From Candidatus Zixiibacteriota bacterium (GTDB taxonomy: Bacteria; Zixibacteria; MSB-5A5; UBA10806; 4484-95), in NCBI GenBank assembly GCA_037441845.1, contig JBBIRK010000004.1, positions 94,974 to 158,973 of the forward strand: a stretch of DNA of 64,000 nucleotides. The letters run 5' to 3'. Below, piece by piece: positions 30,085-41,081 of this stretch. Made by a program: the position numbers and the translations under genes. The notes under the pieces are model-generated. The model was not told the DNA's origin. It saw only the letters and a list, made by a program, of their open reading frames with translations, and searched no databases. How positions within the stretch are numbered: the first letter of the stretch is position 1; each line of letters begins with the position of its first letter.

Positions 30085-32712
30085 ATGCAGTACGAAAAAT
30101 TAACGCAGAGCTTGCGCGAGGCGCTGGATTACGCCACTCAACTGGCGCGATCCAGTTCGCATTCTCAACTCGAAGGGCTTCATCTGCTCAAAGCGATGAT
30201 CAGTCGTGAAGAGAGCGTGGCCGCCGATTTGTTGCGTGGAGCCGGAGTCAACCAGAGGAAACTGGAAAGCGCGCTCGACTCGGAGTTGGAAAAGCTGCCG
30301 CGCGTTTCCGGCGATTACCAACTGCGCATGTCGGACGAGCTTCATCGCGCATTCGGAGAAGCCGCCGCCGTGGCCGCGCAATTCAAAGATGAATTCGTTT
30401 CGATCGAGCATGTTTTGCTCGGGCTGCTCAAACAAAAGCGCGATAGCTGTGCGCGTTTACTGGCGGAAAACGGCTTGACCGAGGAGACTTTGCTGCGGGC
30501 GATGGCCAAGATACGAGGGGGTCAGCGAATCACGGACGACACTCCCGAGACGAAGTATAAGGTGCTCGAGCGCTATTCGCGGGACCTCACGGCGATGGCG
30601 CGCATGGGCAAGCTTGATCCGGTGATCGGGCGCGACGAAGAAATCCGGCGGGTGTTGAAAATACTTTCTCGGAGGACGAAGAACAATCCGGTCTTGATCG
30701 GCGAACCGGGTGTGGGGAAAACCGCGATCGTCGAGGGACTGGCGCTTAAAATCGCTCAAAATGACGTTCCCCAGCCGATTCAGAACAAACGCATAATCGC
30801 GCTCGACATCGGGTCGCTAATCGCCGGATCGAAATTCCGGGGCGAGTTTGAGGAAAGGCTCAAGGCGATAATCAGAGAAGTGGAAAAGTCGCAGGGCGAG
30901 ATAATTTTGTTCATCGATGAATTGCATACCATAATCGGAGCCGGATCGGCAGAGGGAGCGGTCGATGCCTCGAATATGTTGAAACCGGCTCTGGCCCGCG
31001 GAGAACTGCGCTGTGTGGGAGCGACCACTATCGATGAATACCGCAAGCATATCGAAAAAGACGCCGCACTCGAAAGAAGATTCGCCCCGGTCATGATAGA
31101 GCCGCCCTCGGTGGAGGACACCATCTCGATCCTTCGCGGACTGAAGAGCCGCTATGAAGTTCACCATGGAGTCAAGATATCCGATGCGGCGTTGACGGCC
31201 GCGGCCCGATTGTCGGATCGCTACATCAGCGATCGTTTTCTGCCCGATAAAGCGATCGATTTGATAGACGAAGCGGCGGCCGAATTGCGGCTTGAAATAG
31301 AGTCGATGCCGGCCGAGATAGATTCGGTGGAAAAGAGAATCCGGCAACTCGAGGTAGAGAAGGAAGGGGTTAAGAGTGAACCCGACGCCGAAGCGAGAAT
31401 CAAGCCGATCCAAGACGAACTCGACGAACTATACATACAGAAAGACAGGTTGACTTCACAATGGCGGATGGAAAAAGAGCTGGTCGATAAGATCAAGAGC
31501 CTTAAAAAGAAAAAAGAAGAGCTGCAACTCGAAGTCGAGAATGCTATCCGTGACGGCGAATACGAAAGGGCCGCGAGACTGCGTTATGGAGATTCCGGCA
31601 AGATCGAAAAGGAGCTGGAAGAGGCCTCGACGCAATTAAGCGCGATTCAAAAATCGGGCGGTATGCTGTCCGAGGAAGTGAAAGCATCCGATATCGCCGC
31701 GATAGTTTCCAAATGGACTGGCATACCGGTGAATGAACTATCGGAGGAAGAGGCTCAGCGGTTGCTTCATCTCGAGGATTTTTTGCACCGCCGGGTGGTG
31801 GGGCAGCACGAGGCGGTGACCGCGGTGGCGAACGTCATCCGCTCATCCAGGGCGGGATTGGCCGATCCCGACCGACCGCTCGGTTCTTTCATATTTCTCG
31901 GACCGACGGGTGTTGGAAAAACCGAACTTGCGCGCGCGCTGGCCGCCAATTTGTTCGGCTCCGAGACCGCTTTGATTCGTATCGACATGTCCGAGTATAT
32001 GGAGAAATTTTCGGTATCGCGGCTGATCGGAGCGCCGCCCGGCTATGTCGGCTATGACGAGGGCGGACAGCTTACCGAGGCGGTACGCCGCCACCCCTAT
32101 TCGGTGGTCTTGCTCGACGAAATCGAAAAGGCGCACCCAGAGGTGCATAACCTTTTGCTTCAACTTCTCGACGACGGGCGATTGACCGACAATAAAGGCA
32201 GGGTGGTCAGTTTCAAAAACGTGATTCTGATAATGACCTCGAATATCGGCGCCGAAATGATAATGCAGCGCACGGCGCAGATCAATGAGATCAACCGCGA
32301 AAACATCTATTCTCAGATTAAGAGCGAAATAATGACGTTGCTTAAGCAGGCGTTCCGCCCCGAATTTCTGAATCGAATCGATGAGGTGATCGTTTTCGCT
32401 TCATTGACCAGAGATCAGATCAGGGAGATCGTGAAGCTCGAGTTGGATCGGTTGTCGAACAGATTGAAAAATAAGGATATTCGAATCGAATACGCCGAAT
32501 CTCTCGTGGACTATTTAGCCGAACACGGATATGACCCGCAGTTCGGGGCAAGGCCGCTCAAACGTCTGGTCAAACAAGCGGTGGCCGAACCGCTGGCCCG
32601 GCGGATACTCGAAGGCGCGATACGACCCGGCGATTCGATTACCGCCGATTATTCGGATAATGTAGTTCGTTTTCGGACATTGACTGCGGTTACCGATCAG
32701 AAGTGGGATTGA
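30085..32712 (+). CDS. clpB: ATP-dependent disaggregase ClpB
   Basis: Two AAA+ modules ([16 protein letters not shown]), long M-domain coiled coil, GYVG pore loop and GARPLKR. Confidence 0.95.
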   Translation: MQYEKLTQSLREALDYATQLARSSSHSQLEGLHLLKAMISREESVAADLLRGAGVNQRKLESALDSELEKLPRVSGDYQLRMSDELHRAFGEAAAVAAQFKDEFVSIEHVLLGLLKQKRDSCARLLAENGLTEETLLRAMAKIRGGQRITDDTPETKYKVLERYSRDLTAMARMGKLDPVIGRDEEIRRVLKILSRRTKNNPVLIGEPGVGKTAIVEGLALKIAQNDVPQPIQNKRIIALDIGSLIAGSKFRGEFEERLKAIIREVEKSQGEIILFIDELHTIIGAGSAEGAVDASNMLKPALARGELRCVGATTIDEYRKHIEKDAALERRFAPVMIEPPSVEDTISILRGLKSRYEVHHGVKISDAALTAAARLSDRYISDRFLPDKAIDLIDEAAAELRLEIESMPAEIDSVEKRIRQLEVEKEGVKSEPDAEARIKPIQDELDELYIQKDRLTSQWRMEKELVDKIKSLKKKKEELQLEVENAIRDGEYERAARLRYGDSGKIEKELEEASTQLSAIQKSGGMLSEEVKASDIAAIVSKWTGIPVNELSEEEAQRLLHLEDFLHRRVVGQHEAVTAVANVIRSSRAGLADPDRPLGSFIFLGPTGVGKTELARALAANLFGSETALIRIDMSEYMEKFSVSRLIGAPPGYVGYDEGGQLTEAVRRHPYSVVLLDEIEKAHPEVHNLLLQLLDDGRLTDNKGRVVSFKNVILIMTSNIGAEMIMQRTAQINEINRENIYSQIKSEIMTLLKQAFRPEFLNRIDEVIVFASLTRDQIREIVKLELDRLSNRLKNKDIRIEYAESLVDYLAEHGYDPQFGARPLKRLVKQAVAEPLARRILEGAIRPGDSITADYSDNVVRFRTLTAVTDQKWD

Positions 32713-33146
32713 TGAACGAGCAAGCGATCGAAACCGGAAACCTCTTCGGCTCATTTTTACGGCTGATTGCGATTTTAATGTCGGGTGCGGTCGTGTTTCT
32801 GTCTTGCAGCGGAAAGGGCAAAAGCGAATCGGCATCGGCGGATGAGTTATTCGCGAAAGCGTTCGCGGCCCAGGCGAACGGCGATTATTTGACATCATAT
32901 CATACCTACGACGAATTAATCACCAGATACCCGAATCATCCCAAAATCGATAAGGCGTATTTCATGCGCGGGTTTATAAAGCTCGAACGGATGAACGACA
33001 ATGCCGGCGCGACTCAAGATTTAACTTACTTGATCGAAAAATATCCGAATTCGGATCTGGTCGACGACGCAAAGTTCATAATCGAATCTATCGACAGCGG
33101 AAAAGACATCCTCTCCACATTCGAGCAAAAATCCGGAACCCGATAA
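32712..33146 (+). CDS. Small TPR lipoprotein (CpoB/BamD-like repeats)
   Basis: Hydrophobic stretch ending FLSC; TPR pairs LITRYPNHP..DKAYF and LIEKYPNS...DDA. Confidence 0.7.
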   Translation: MNEQAIETGNLFGSFLRLIAILMSGAVVFLSCSGKGKSESASADELFAKAFAAQANGDYLTSYHTYDELITRYPNHPKIDKAYFMRGFIKLERMNDNAGATQDLTYLIEKYPNSDLVDDAKFIIESIDSGKDILSTFEQKSGTR

Positions 33147-33263
33147 AAATTCACGACTTCGGTCGAATAAGGGCACCGTTTCCGGTATAGAAACGACGGG
33201 GCCTAAATTCGATCGATTAAGCCGGGCTCGCGAAATTCCACTGCGGCGTCCGGATTATTTTCA

Positions 33264-33292
33264 TTGACACCCACAGCTCATCTGACTAAAAT
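33264..33292 (+). promoter_or_regulatory. sigma70 promoter of the dtd-maf-rodZ-smc operon
   Basis: TTGACA-17nt-TAAAAT. Confidence 0.8.
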
Positions 33293-33318
33293 TCGAATTC
33301 GCCTGAGGTGGATATAAT

Positions 33319-33756
33319 ATGCGCGCGGTGGTGCAAAGAACGAAAACAGCCTCGGTCAGGGTCGATCAGGAAATCGTGGGAGCGATCGAACATGGGTTTT
33401 TAATACTGGTCGGCGCCTGCAAGGGCGATGATGACGATAGCGCGATCCGCTTGGCCCGCAGATGCGCCGGATTGCGGGTGTTCGAGGATTCCAACGGCAA
33501 GATGAATTTGTCTCTGAAGGATGTCAGGGGAAGCGCGCTTGTCGTTTCCCAATTCACATTGTGCGCGGATACCTCGCGCGGAAGACGCCCATCGTTTGAA
33601 AATGCGATGCCGCCGGAAGCCGCGGAAAAGCTATATCGGAAATTCTGCACAGCCATCGCCGATCAGGGGATAGATGTAAAAACCGGTCGGTTCGGAGCCA
33701 AAATGGAAATCGAGCTTGTCAACGACGGCCCGGTGACTTTGGTGGTGGAAAGTTGA
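33319..33756 (+). CDS. dtd: D-aminoacyl-tRNA deacylase
   Basis: MRAVVQR, SQFTL, GRRPSF and NDGPVT. Confidence 0.96.
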   Translation: MRAVVQRTKTASVRVDQEIVGAIEHGFLILVGACKGDDDDSAIRLARRCAGLRVFEDSNGKMNLSLKDVRGSALVVSQFTLCADTSRGRRPSFENAMPPEAAEKLYRKFCTAIADQGIDVKTGRFGAKMEIELVNDGPVTLVVES

Positions 33757-34322
33757 AGATAGTGCTCGCATCGGGATCGCCCCGTCGCTTAAAGTTATTA
33801 TTAAAAGAGGGCTATCAATTTGAAGTGATTAAGCCTGTTGTAGACGAATCAAGAATGCCATCGGAAGCTCCAGAGGCTTATGTCAGGCGGTTGGCTAAGG
33901 CAAAAGCGGTCACTGTGGATAACCCGGAAGCGCTGGTGATCGGCGCCGATACGGTAGTAGTCCTTGGAGATGAGTTTCTGCATAAACCATCGGATAAAAA
34001 TGAAGCATTCGTGATTTTACGTAAGCTATCGGGGAAAGTTCATGTCGTCTATACCGGATTGGCCATAAAGTGCCCGGTCTGCCGAAAACTCGATGACGAT
34101 TACGATTCGACGATGGTCACGTTTAACGACTTGACTGATGAGGCGATTATCGAATATATAGCAAGCGGGGAGCCGATGGACAAAGCCGGCGCCTATGGAA
34201 TACAAGGGATGGGATCTTTTCTGGTCAAGGCGATCAAGGGAGAAATCGATACGGTGATCGGTTTTCCGACGAAATTGTTTCGAAAAATGCTCGAGGTTCA
34301 TGGTCGATGTCTGAAAGCTTAG
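33753..34322 (+). CDS. maf: Maf (YhdE-type) nucleoside triphosphate pyrophosphatase
   Basis: LASGSPRR, GADTVV and DKAGAYGIQG. Confidence 0.93.
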   Translation: MKIVLASGSPRRLKLLLKEGYQFEVIKPVVDESRMPSEAPEAYVRRLAKAKAVTVDNPEALVIGADTVVVLGDEFLHKPSDKNEAFVILRKLSGKVHVVYTGLAIKCPVCRKLDDDYDSTMVTFNDLTDEAIIEYIASGEPMDKAGAYGIQGMGSFLVKAIKGEIDTVIGFPTKLFRKMLEVHGRCLKA

Positions 34323-35023
34323 GGGCCAAGTTACGCCAGTTGCGCGAAGCGCGACAGATGACGCGCGAGCAATTGTATAACAAAACCAAAATCATGCCGA
34401 TTTATATCGAGGCACTCGAAAACGGAAGATGGGACCTGTTGCCGGGGCCGATGTACGTCAAGCCGTTCGTTAAAGGGTTGGCGGAGGCTCTGGACGCACC
34501 GTTAGGTGAACTTTATGCCATAATCGATAAGCAATCCACCGTGGCGCCCCCTCAGCCAACGGCCGTTCCGGAGAAGCGCGGTTTTGATTATCGTTGGCCG
34601 GTCGCCGTCGCCATGATCGTTTTCGCTTGTTTGGTAATCGTTTTATTCGAAGGATATGCTCGGCGGAGGAATATCGAACGGCTGCCGCAGTTGGCGGAAC
34701 TTGTCACTCCTCCAGCGAAAATTCGTACGAGAAGTCCGCTCTATTCCGATCGACTGGATTATCTTCCGAGTCCGATAAAATCGGCCGATTATCATTATCT
34801 CGAGATCACCGCGATTCAACCGGCAAATATCGTTCTCACGGCGGGGCCGGATACGTTCTATTCGGGGCTGCTTCAGCAGGGGCAGACGATAAAGAATCGC
34901 TCGGCGCGGCGGTTCTATCTGGAGATGGATCGCAGCGATTGTTTGGATATAACATACAACGGAAGCAACGTATCGGAAACGCCGCTGGTCAAGAGCAAGC
35001 GTCGGATCCATTTCGAAGAATGA
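34307..35023 (+). CDS. RodZ-like HTH-TM protein
   Basis: N-terminal HTH (LRQLRE...IEALENG...LPG.MY..PF), single TM and a C-terminal beta-rich DUF4115-like domain. Confidence 0.7.
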   Translation: MSESLGAKLRQLREARQMTREQLYNKTKIMPIYIEALENGRWDLLPGPMYVKPFVKGLAEALDAPLGELYAIIDKQSTVAPPQPTAVPEKRGFDYRWPVAVAMIVFACLVIVLFEGYARRRNIERLPQLAELVTPPAKIRTRSPLYSDRLDYLPSPIKSADYHYLEITAIQPANIVLTAGPDTFYSGLLQQGQTIKNRSARRFYLEMDRSDCLDITYNGSNVSETPLVKSKRRIHFEE

Positions 35024-35047
35024 TGTGCGAACGGAAATCGCCGGCAT

Positions 35048-35620
35048 ATGGTTAAGGTGAACAGAATCGCGGAAAAGATCGCCCGCCTGAGACATCGAAT
35101 GAAATTCAAGGGCGAATCGGTGAACTTTATGCGTTGTTTCAGCGATTATGCCGATTGTCTGGTGCTGATGCCGGCCGATATGTCGTCGCTGGTGGATGCC
35201 GCATCGAGGTTGCCGCAAATCGCCGAGATTTTTCCCAATCGCCTGATAAAAATCATGCTTACTTCCAATATCGATCCTCGGGCTCACGAATATATCAAGA
35301 AGTTCACCTTGATAAAGCCTTATTCCAACGATATTTCCACATTCGGGCTGCCGCGTGAATCTTTTATCGACAAATTGAGATCGAAAGATTTGTCGGTTTG
35401 TATCGACTTGGACTTGGCCTACAATTTTTTCAATTCATCGGTATGTGCGCTGGCTCAGGCGCCGGTGAGAATTGGTCGGGCCAAGGGTTTGGGATTGCCC
35501 TATTACAATCTCGAAATCAACGTGGGCGGCGATGATGTTCCGGCCAAGAAAGCCTACGACGCTTTCATCCAGGCCCTTCACAACTTGAAAAAACAGGGGA
35601 TGTCAGTTGCATCTGCATAA
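35048..35620 (+). CDS. Hypothetical protein resembling the N-terminal half of GT9 fold
   Basis: LVLMP...FP..., VCIDL...APVRIG...YYNLEI pattern; fills the operon gap. Confidence 0.55.
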   Translation: MVKVNRIAEKIARLRHRMKFKGESVNFMRCFSDYADCLVLMPADMSSLVDAASRLPQIAEIFPNRLIKIMLTSNIDPRAHEYIKKFTLIKPYSNDISTFGLPRESFIDKLRSKDLSVCIDLDLAYNFFNSSVCALAQAPVRIGRAKGLGLPYYNLEINVGGDDVPAKKAYDAFIQALHNLKKQGMSVASA

Positions 35621-38600
35621 GCTGGAAATCAGCGGATTCAAATCGTTTCCTAATCGCACGCAGCTGCTTTTCGACGAAGGCATGATGGGGGTTGTCGGAC
35701 CCAACGGCTGCGGCAAGACCAATATCCTCGACTCGATCCGCTGGGTGCTCGGGGAACAGCGCCCGACGATGCTGCGCAGTTCGAGGATAGACGACGTGTT
35801 GTTCAACGGCACGGCCGACATGGCTCCGACCGATCTGGCGGAAGTGAGTCTGGTCATAAAGAACTCGCGGGGAATTCTGCCGATCGAATATGAAGAAGTC
35901 GTTATCACGCGAAGGTTGTATCGTTCGGGCGAATCGGAGTATTTGATTAACAATACTCCTTGTCGGCTCAAAGATATCCTCTCCTTGTTCGCGGATACCG
36001 GAATGGGAACGCATGCCTACAGCGTGTTTCAAACGAGCATGATCGACGCCATCCTTTCCGACAACGCCGACGAGCGGAGGTTTTTGTTCGAGGAAGCCGC
36101 CGGAATAACCAAATACAAGACTCAGAAAAAAGAAGCGATAAAAAAGCTCGAAAGCACGCAGAACGATATGCTTCGGTTGAACGATATAATCGGCGAAATC
36201 GCCAAAAACGTAAGATCCTTGCAACGGCAGGCCGGCCGGGCCAAAAGGCATAAGACGCTCAAGAGCAAGCTGGCCGAACTCGAGGCGCTAAAGGCTTCGG
36301 CTCAGCTTTACGACTTGCGCAGTCGGGAAAGAGATCTGAAAGAAAAGTTCGCCGGTTTACGGGCGTCCCGGGAGGCCCAATTCGCTCGCATAGACAAAGC
36401 CGAGGCGGCGGCTGTAGACGCCCGGATGGAGATGGCGGCGGTTGAGGAGAAACTCGGCAAGACGCTGGCCGCGATCGCCGAGACGAACGCGTCGATATTA
36501 AGGCTCGAAAACGAATCGGCATCGGCGCAAAACGCTATCGTGGTGGGACAGGAAAAAGCCGCGATATGGAACAAGGAGAATGCGGCGATCTCCGAGCGCA
36601 AAGCCGCTCTGATTTCCGAGGTGGCAAAGACCGAAATAGCGCTTAAAGACAATTCCGTTTCGCTTAAGCAAAACGAAGAAAGACTGTTGGAAACCGAAGC
36701 GGAAATGATTCGAGCGAAAGAGGAGCTCGATAGCGCCCGGCAGGCTTTCGAGAAAAACCGCGAAAACCTGCAGAATATCGAAAACGAACTGCTGGTCAAA
36801 GCGACCCGACTTGAAGCATTGAAAACCACTATGGCTGGACTGATCTCGCAAAGAGAGCGGTCGCTCGAATCGTTAAGCGAAATTCGCAAGCGGATCGATG
36901 ATTCGAGGTCGGGGATGGAAGAGCGTAATATCAGAATGAACGAGTGCGAAGCCGCCATCTCCGAAATCGAGGCGAAAATCGCGGAAAATCAACAGGTCCA
37001 ACTGCGGTTGCTGCAGGATATCGAGCATCACAAAAGCCGGGCGGCGGATATTCAAGCTGAGCTGGCATCAGCCAATGGAAAGGCCGATTTGCTGGCTCAG
37101 CTGATTATTCAACATGAAGGTTACGGTTCGGGCGTCAAGGCGGTTCTTGCCTGGGAAAACAAGCCCGACGGCGTGATGGATACGTTGGCGAATCTTATAA
37201 CCGCGAAAAAGGACTATAGGGCGGCTCTCGAGGCGGCGGCAAATCGTTTCGGTCAATTGATAGTGTGCAAAGAACGAAGACAGGCCGAAGAATGTATCAA
37301 GTATCTGCAATCCACCAATAAAGGGCGGGCTGGTTTTATCTCGCTCGATGCGGCGGTCAGACTCGAGCCTCCTGTTCCGAATTGTGAAAACCGGAAATGT
37401 CTCGGCCCTTTGACTGAGTTCGTTGACGCCGATGAATCGATCGGTTCTTTGGTTGAATTGTTGTTCGGCTCGGTGCTGGTTTTTCCTGCCGGCGAAATTC
37501 CCGACGATTTTCCGGGAGAGGCCGTCGATCTCGCCGGGAAATTTCATTGCGGAGCCATCTCCGAGGGCGGAAATTTCGTAACCGGCATAATCGGCCGCAA
37601 GAGCGATCTCAAGTTCTGGCAGGAAACCGCTGCAAGACTCTCGGATTCACTCGAGGCCAAAACCGCGGAGATAAAAACCGCCGAAAAGGAGCTCGATATT
37701 TGCCGTTCGCTGATGCAGCAGTTGCAGGATAAGAAGAAAAATCTGCAGATGATCAGGGAAAAATTGAAAGCGGAGCTGTCGCGAATAGAATTCGAATTCA
37801 AGGATGGAACGAATACTTTCGAGCGCATTTCTTCCGATCAAAAACTGGCGGCGGATAAATTGACGGCTTTGCAAAACGAGGCCTCCGAACTTGAAAATTC
37901 GATAAAAGAACTTGAGTCGATTCGGTCCCGGGTCATCGAAGAATTCAATGAGATTTCGGATCGGCATAAGCTGCTTGCCGGGGAATTCCAAAAGTTGCAG
38001 GATTCCTTCAACAATCAGCGGATCCGCCAGGTAGAGCTTTTGGGCTTGACCGGTAAATTGGGGGAAGACTTGAAGCGTCAGACCGAGCTGATCGCCGAAT
38101 CGGATCGAGTATATAATCTGAACGTTATGCAGATTCAAAACGTCGCGGTCGAAAAAGAAGAGTTTGAAAAAAAGCTGATGGCAATCCGTGAGAAAAACAG
38201 TTCGCTTCTAAGGGAATTGGCGGACCTCGAAAAGCAGCGCGATGAACTTCTGAACCTTAAAAATGCCGCCGCATCGGCTTTCGGCGAGCTGGAATACGAT
38301 CTTAAAAAAAGCCGCAGCGAGCTGAACACCCAGAACGAGGAACTGCATCGGCTGGAAATGCAAATCTCAGAGATTGAAAATCAAGCCAAGAACATCGTGG
38401 ATTCGATATATCATACCTATGAAATCAAGATCACCGAGTCGCGGCCGGATGATTACGACGAACGCAAGGTCTCGTCCGATATTATGCGACTGCGCCGAGT
38501 GGTGGATAGACTCGGCCCGGTCAACATGCTTGCGTTCGAGGAATACGAGGCCGAACGCGATCGTTTGAAATTTCTCGAATCTCAGATGAAAGACCTCGAA

Positions 38601-39131
38601 GAGGCGAAAGCCTCGCTGCTCGAAGCGATACAAAAAATCAATCAGACCGCGAAAGAAAAATTCACCGCCACATTCGAACAGATAAGAAGGAATTTTCAGA
38701 GTGTGTTCGAAACCCTGTTCGAGGGCGGGACTACCGAGCTTAAGCTGACCGACCCGAATGACGTTCTCGAATCGCCGATCGAAATCATCGCCCGGCCCGG
38801 CAATAAGAAATTGATGTCCTTATCGCAGCTTTCGGGAGGCGAAAGAGCGTTGACGGCGATCTCGCTGTTGTTCGGCATTTATCTTGTGAAGCCCAGTCCG
38901 TTTTGCATTCTCGACGAAATCGATGCGCCGCTGGACGACGCCAACGTAAATAGATTCGTAAAACTGCTCGATAAGTTCAAGTCATCGACCCAATTTATCG
39001 TTATCACTCACAATAAAAAGACGATGGAGGCGGCCAATATCCTGTATGGCGTAACCATGGACCGCCCCGGAATATCCAGCATCGTTTCCGTGAAATTCGA
39101 AAAAGATAGATTGGAAAAAGCGGTTGTTTAA
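35607..39131 (+). CDS. smc: Chromosome segregation protein SMC
   Basis: GFKSF, GPNGCGKTN, coiled coils and hinge, LGPVN, LSGGE, ILDEIDAPLD and ITHNK. Confidence 0.96.
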   Translation: MHLHKLEISGFKSFPNRTQLLFDEGMMGVVGPNGCGKTNILDSIRWVLGEQRPTMLRSSRIDDVLFNGTADMAPTDLAEVSLVIKNSRGILPIEYEEVVITRRLYRSGESEYLINNTPCRLKDILSLFADTGMGTHAYSVFQTSMIDAILSDNADERRFLFEEAAGITKYKTQKKEAIKKLESTQNDMLRLNDIIGEIAKNVRSLQRQAGRAKRHKTLKSKLAELEALKASAQLYDLRSRERDLKEKFAGLRASREAQFARIDKAEAAAVDARMEMAAVEEKLGKTLAAIAETNASILRLENESASAQNAIVVGQEKAAIWNKENAAISERKAALISEVAKTEIALKDNSVSLKQNEERLLETEAEMIRAKEELDSARQAFEKNRENLQNIENELLVKATRLEALKTTMAGLISQRERSLESLSEIRKRIDDSRSGMEERNIRMNECEAAISEIEAKIAENQQVQLRLLQDIEHHKSRAADIQAELASANGKADLLAQLIIQHEGYGSGVKAVLAWENKPDGVMDTLANLITAKKDYRAALEAAANRFGQLIVCKERRQAEECIKYLQSTNKGRAGFISLDAAVRLEPPVPNCENRKCLGPLTEFVDADESIGSLVELLFGSVLVFPAGEIPDDFPGEAVDLAGKFHCGAISEGGNFVTGIIGRKSDLKFWQETAARLSDSLEAKTAEIKTAEKELDICRSLMQQLQDKKKNLQMIREKLKAELSRIEFEFKDGTNTFERISSDQKLAADKLTALQNEASELENSIKELESIRSRVIEEFNEISDRHKLLAGEFQKLQDSFNNQRIRQVELLGLTGKLGEDLKRQTELIAESDRVYNLNVMQIQNVAVEKEEFEKKLMAIREKNSSLLRELADLEKQRDELLNLKNAAASAFGELEYDLKKSRSELNTQNEELHRLEMQISEIENQAKNIVDSIYHTYEIKITESRPDDYDERKVSSDIMRLRRVVDRLGPVNMLAFEEYEAERDRLKFLESQMKDLEEAKASLLEAIQKINQTAKEKFTATFEQIRRNFQSVFETLFEGGTTELKLTDPNDVLESPIEIIARPGNKKLMSLSQLSGGERALTAISLLFGIYLVKPSPFCILDEIDAPLDDANVNRFVKLLDKFKSSTQFIVITHNKKTMEAANILYGVTMDRPGISSIVSVKFEKDRLEKAVV

Positions 39132-40005
39132 TAAGTTTTTCGAGGGCCTGGCCAAGACAAGAAACAACATCATAGGCAAAATCGGCGGGTTGCTCGGCAA
39201 ACCTCTCAGCGAGGAATTGCTCGCGTCGCTCGAGGAAAATCTGATTCTTGCCGACGTGGGACCATCGGCGGCGGCCAAATTGATCGAGCAAATGAAAAAG
39301 CACCGCGATAAACCACCGGCCGAGGTATTGCAGCAAGAAATTTGCAATCTGGTAGATATCCCCGTTAGCGGGCGGGAAGACGGTTCGATCAAGCCGTGCG
39401 TGATCCTTTTCGTGGGGGTGAACGGTTCCGGCAAAACGACGTCGATCGGAAAACTGGCCGCCAAGTTCGCGGCGGAGAAGAAACAAGTGCTGCTTGCGGC
39501 CGCCGATACTTTTAGAGCCGCCGCCGCCGATCAACTCGCATTGTGGGCTCAACGGTCCGGGGCGATGATCGTGAGATCGAAAGAGGGTTCCGATCCGGCT
39601 GCGGTCGCATTCGACGCCATCAAAGCGGGGATAGCGCGGGGCGCCGATTACGTTTTAATAGACACCGCAGGCAGACTCCAGACAAGGACAAATTTGATGG
39701 AAGAGCTGAAGAAGCTGAAACGAGTGGCGGGCAAGGCTCTCGAGGGCGCGCCTCATGAGTCATGGCTGGTCCTCGATGCGTCGATCGGGCAGAACAGCAT
39801 TTCCCAAGTCGAATTATTCCATCAAGCAATCGGTTTGACCGGCTTGATTCTGACCAAGCTCGACGGCACTTCCAAGGGCGGAGCGTTGGTGGCTATTTCC
39901 GAAAAATTCAAGATCCCGGTGCGTTATGTGGGTCTCGGGGAAGGCGTCGATGATCTCGAGAAATTCGATCCCCGGCAATTCGCCGGTGCCCTGGTCGGTC
40001 GATGA
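39124..40005 (+). CDS. ftsY: SRP receptor FtsY (NG domain only)
   Basis: GVNGSGKTT, DTFRAAA, DTAGR and TKLDGTSKGG. Confidence 0.96.
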   Translation: MFNKFFEGLAKTRNNIIGKIGGLLGKPLSEELLASLEENLILADVGPSAAAKLIEQMKKHRDKPPAEVLQQEICNLVDIPVSGREDGSIKPCVILFVGVNGSGKTTSIGKLAAKFAAEKKQVLLAAADTFRAAAADQLALWAQRSGAMIVRSKEGSDPAAVAFDAIKAGIARGADYVLIDTAGRLQTRTNLMEELKKLKRVAGKALEGAPHESWLVLDASIGQNSISQVELFHQAIGLTGLILTKLDGTSKGGALVAISEKFKIPVRYVGLGEGVDDLEKFDPRQFAGALVGR

Positions 40006-40391
40006 TCAAATTTGAATTGAAAACCGCATCGCGGAATCAGATGATCGATATAACCTCGAAAATCGCCGAGAATATTCCTGGCAAATTCGATGGAATCGTG
40101 GTAATATACGTGCCGCATACGACCGCCGCGGTTACGATAAACGAGGGAGCGGATCCATCGGTGAGAACGGATATCCTATACAAGTTGTCGAAACTGGCGC
40201 CGCAGAACGATAGTTATTCGCACATGGAGGGTAACGCCGATGCTCATATAAAGGCCGCTTTGATCGGCAATTCCGCCACCGTCATCGTCGAAAAGGGCAA
40301 TATGATCATGGGCACGTGGCAGAAAATTTTCTTTTGTGAATTCGATGGACCGAGAACGCGAAAAATAATGATGGAATTGATCGCCAGATGA
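40002..40391 (+). CDS. yjbQ: YjbQ/UPF0047 family protein
   Basis: HTTA, NADAHIK, GTWQ and EFDGPR. Confidence 0.92.
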   Translation: MIKFELKTASRNQMIDITSKIAENIPGKFDGIVVIYVPHTTAAVTINEGADPSVRTDILYKLSKLAPQNDSYSHMEGNADAHIKAALIGNSATVIVEKGNMIMGTWQKIFFCEFDGPRTRKIMMELIAR

Positions 40392-40861
40392 ATAAGATCA
40401 GATTGACTATTATCGGCAAGCTGCATAACCAATTCGCCAAGAGTTACGCGGCCCACTACGAAAAACTCATAGCCCCGCATTGCCAACTGGAAATCAAATA
40501 TTTGAAGGAAGAAAAAATTATCGAGGGCAAAAACGAACACGAAGTATTGCGACGCGAGGGTGAACGGATCATCGATGAAGTCGGCCCGAACGATTTTTTG
40601 GTAATTCTCGAACGAACCGGAAATCCCATGGTCACCGAGGATTTCGCCAAATTTCTACAGGATTATTGTAATAGGTCGGATGTTAACTTGCACTTCGTTA
40701 TCGGCGGCGCTTTGGGAATTTCCGAGAAAATTTTGAAGTTCGCCGATATGCGACTATCGCTTTCCAAAATGACTTTCGCTCATCAGCTTACCGTGATCGT
40801 ATTCTTGGAACAGGTTTACCGCGCTATCAGCATCAATAAGGGCCTGCCATACCATAAATAA
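40388..40861 (+). CDS. rlmH: 23S rRNA pseudouridine-1915 N3-methyltransferase
   Basis: FVIGGALG, SLSKMTFAHQL, EQVYRA and PYHK. Confidence 0.93.
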   Translation: MNKIRLTIIGKLHNQFAKSYAAHYEKLIAPHCQLEIKYLKEEKIIEGKNEHEVLRREGERIIDEVGPNDFLVILERTGNPMVTEDFAKFLQDYCNRSDVNLHFVIGGALGISEKILKFADMRLSLSKMTFAHQLTVIVFLEQVYRAISINKGLPYHK

Positions 40862-40907
40862 CCGGCTCGGCCCTGTCTGGTTCAGCCTCTGAAACTGCTT
40901 GGAATTC

Positions 40908-40936
40908 TTGACAAGTCTCGGGATTATGATTATATT
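40908..40936 (+). promoter_or_regulatory. sigma70 promoter of the rib operon
   Basis: TTGACA-17nt-TATATT directly before the riboswitch. Confidence 0.8.
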
Positions 40937-40940
40937 GCAA

Positions 40941-41055
40941 TCGTCTTCGGGGTCAGGTGAAACTCCTGGACCGGCGGTCAAAGCCCGCGAGCCCGCAAGG
41001 GCAGAGCCCGTGGAATTCGGGCGCCGACGGCGATAGTCCGGATGGGAGAAGACAG
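40941..41055 (+). ncRNA. FMN riboswitch (RFN element)
   Basis: GTCTTCGGGG..GGTGAAA.TCC..ACCGGCGGT..AGCCCGCGA...GCCGACGG...AGTCCGGATGGGAGAAGAC, upstream of ribD. Confidence 0.96.
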
Positions 41056-41081
41056 GTTTTGGCATTTTGCCTTCAACCCTG

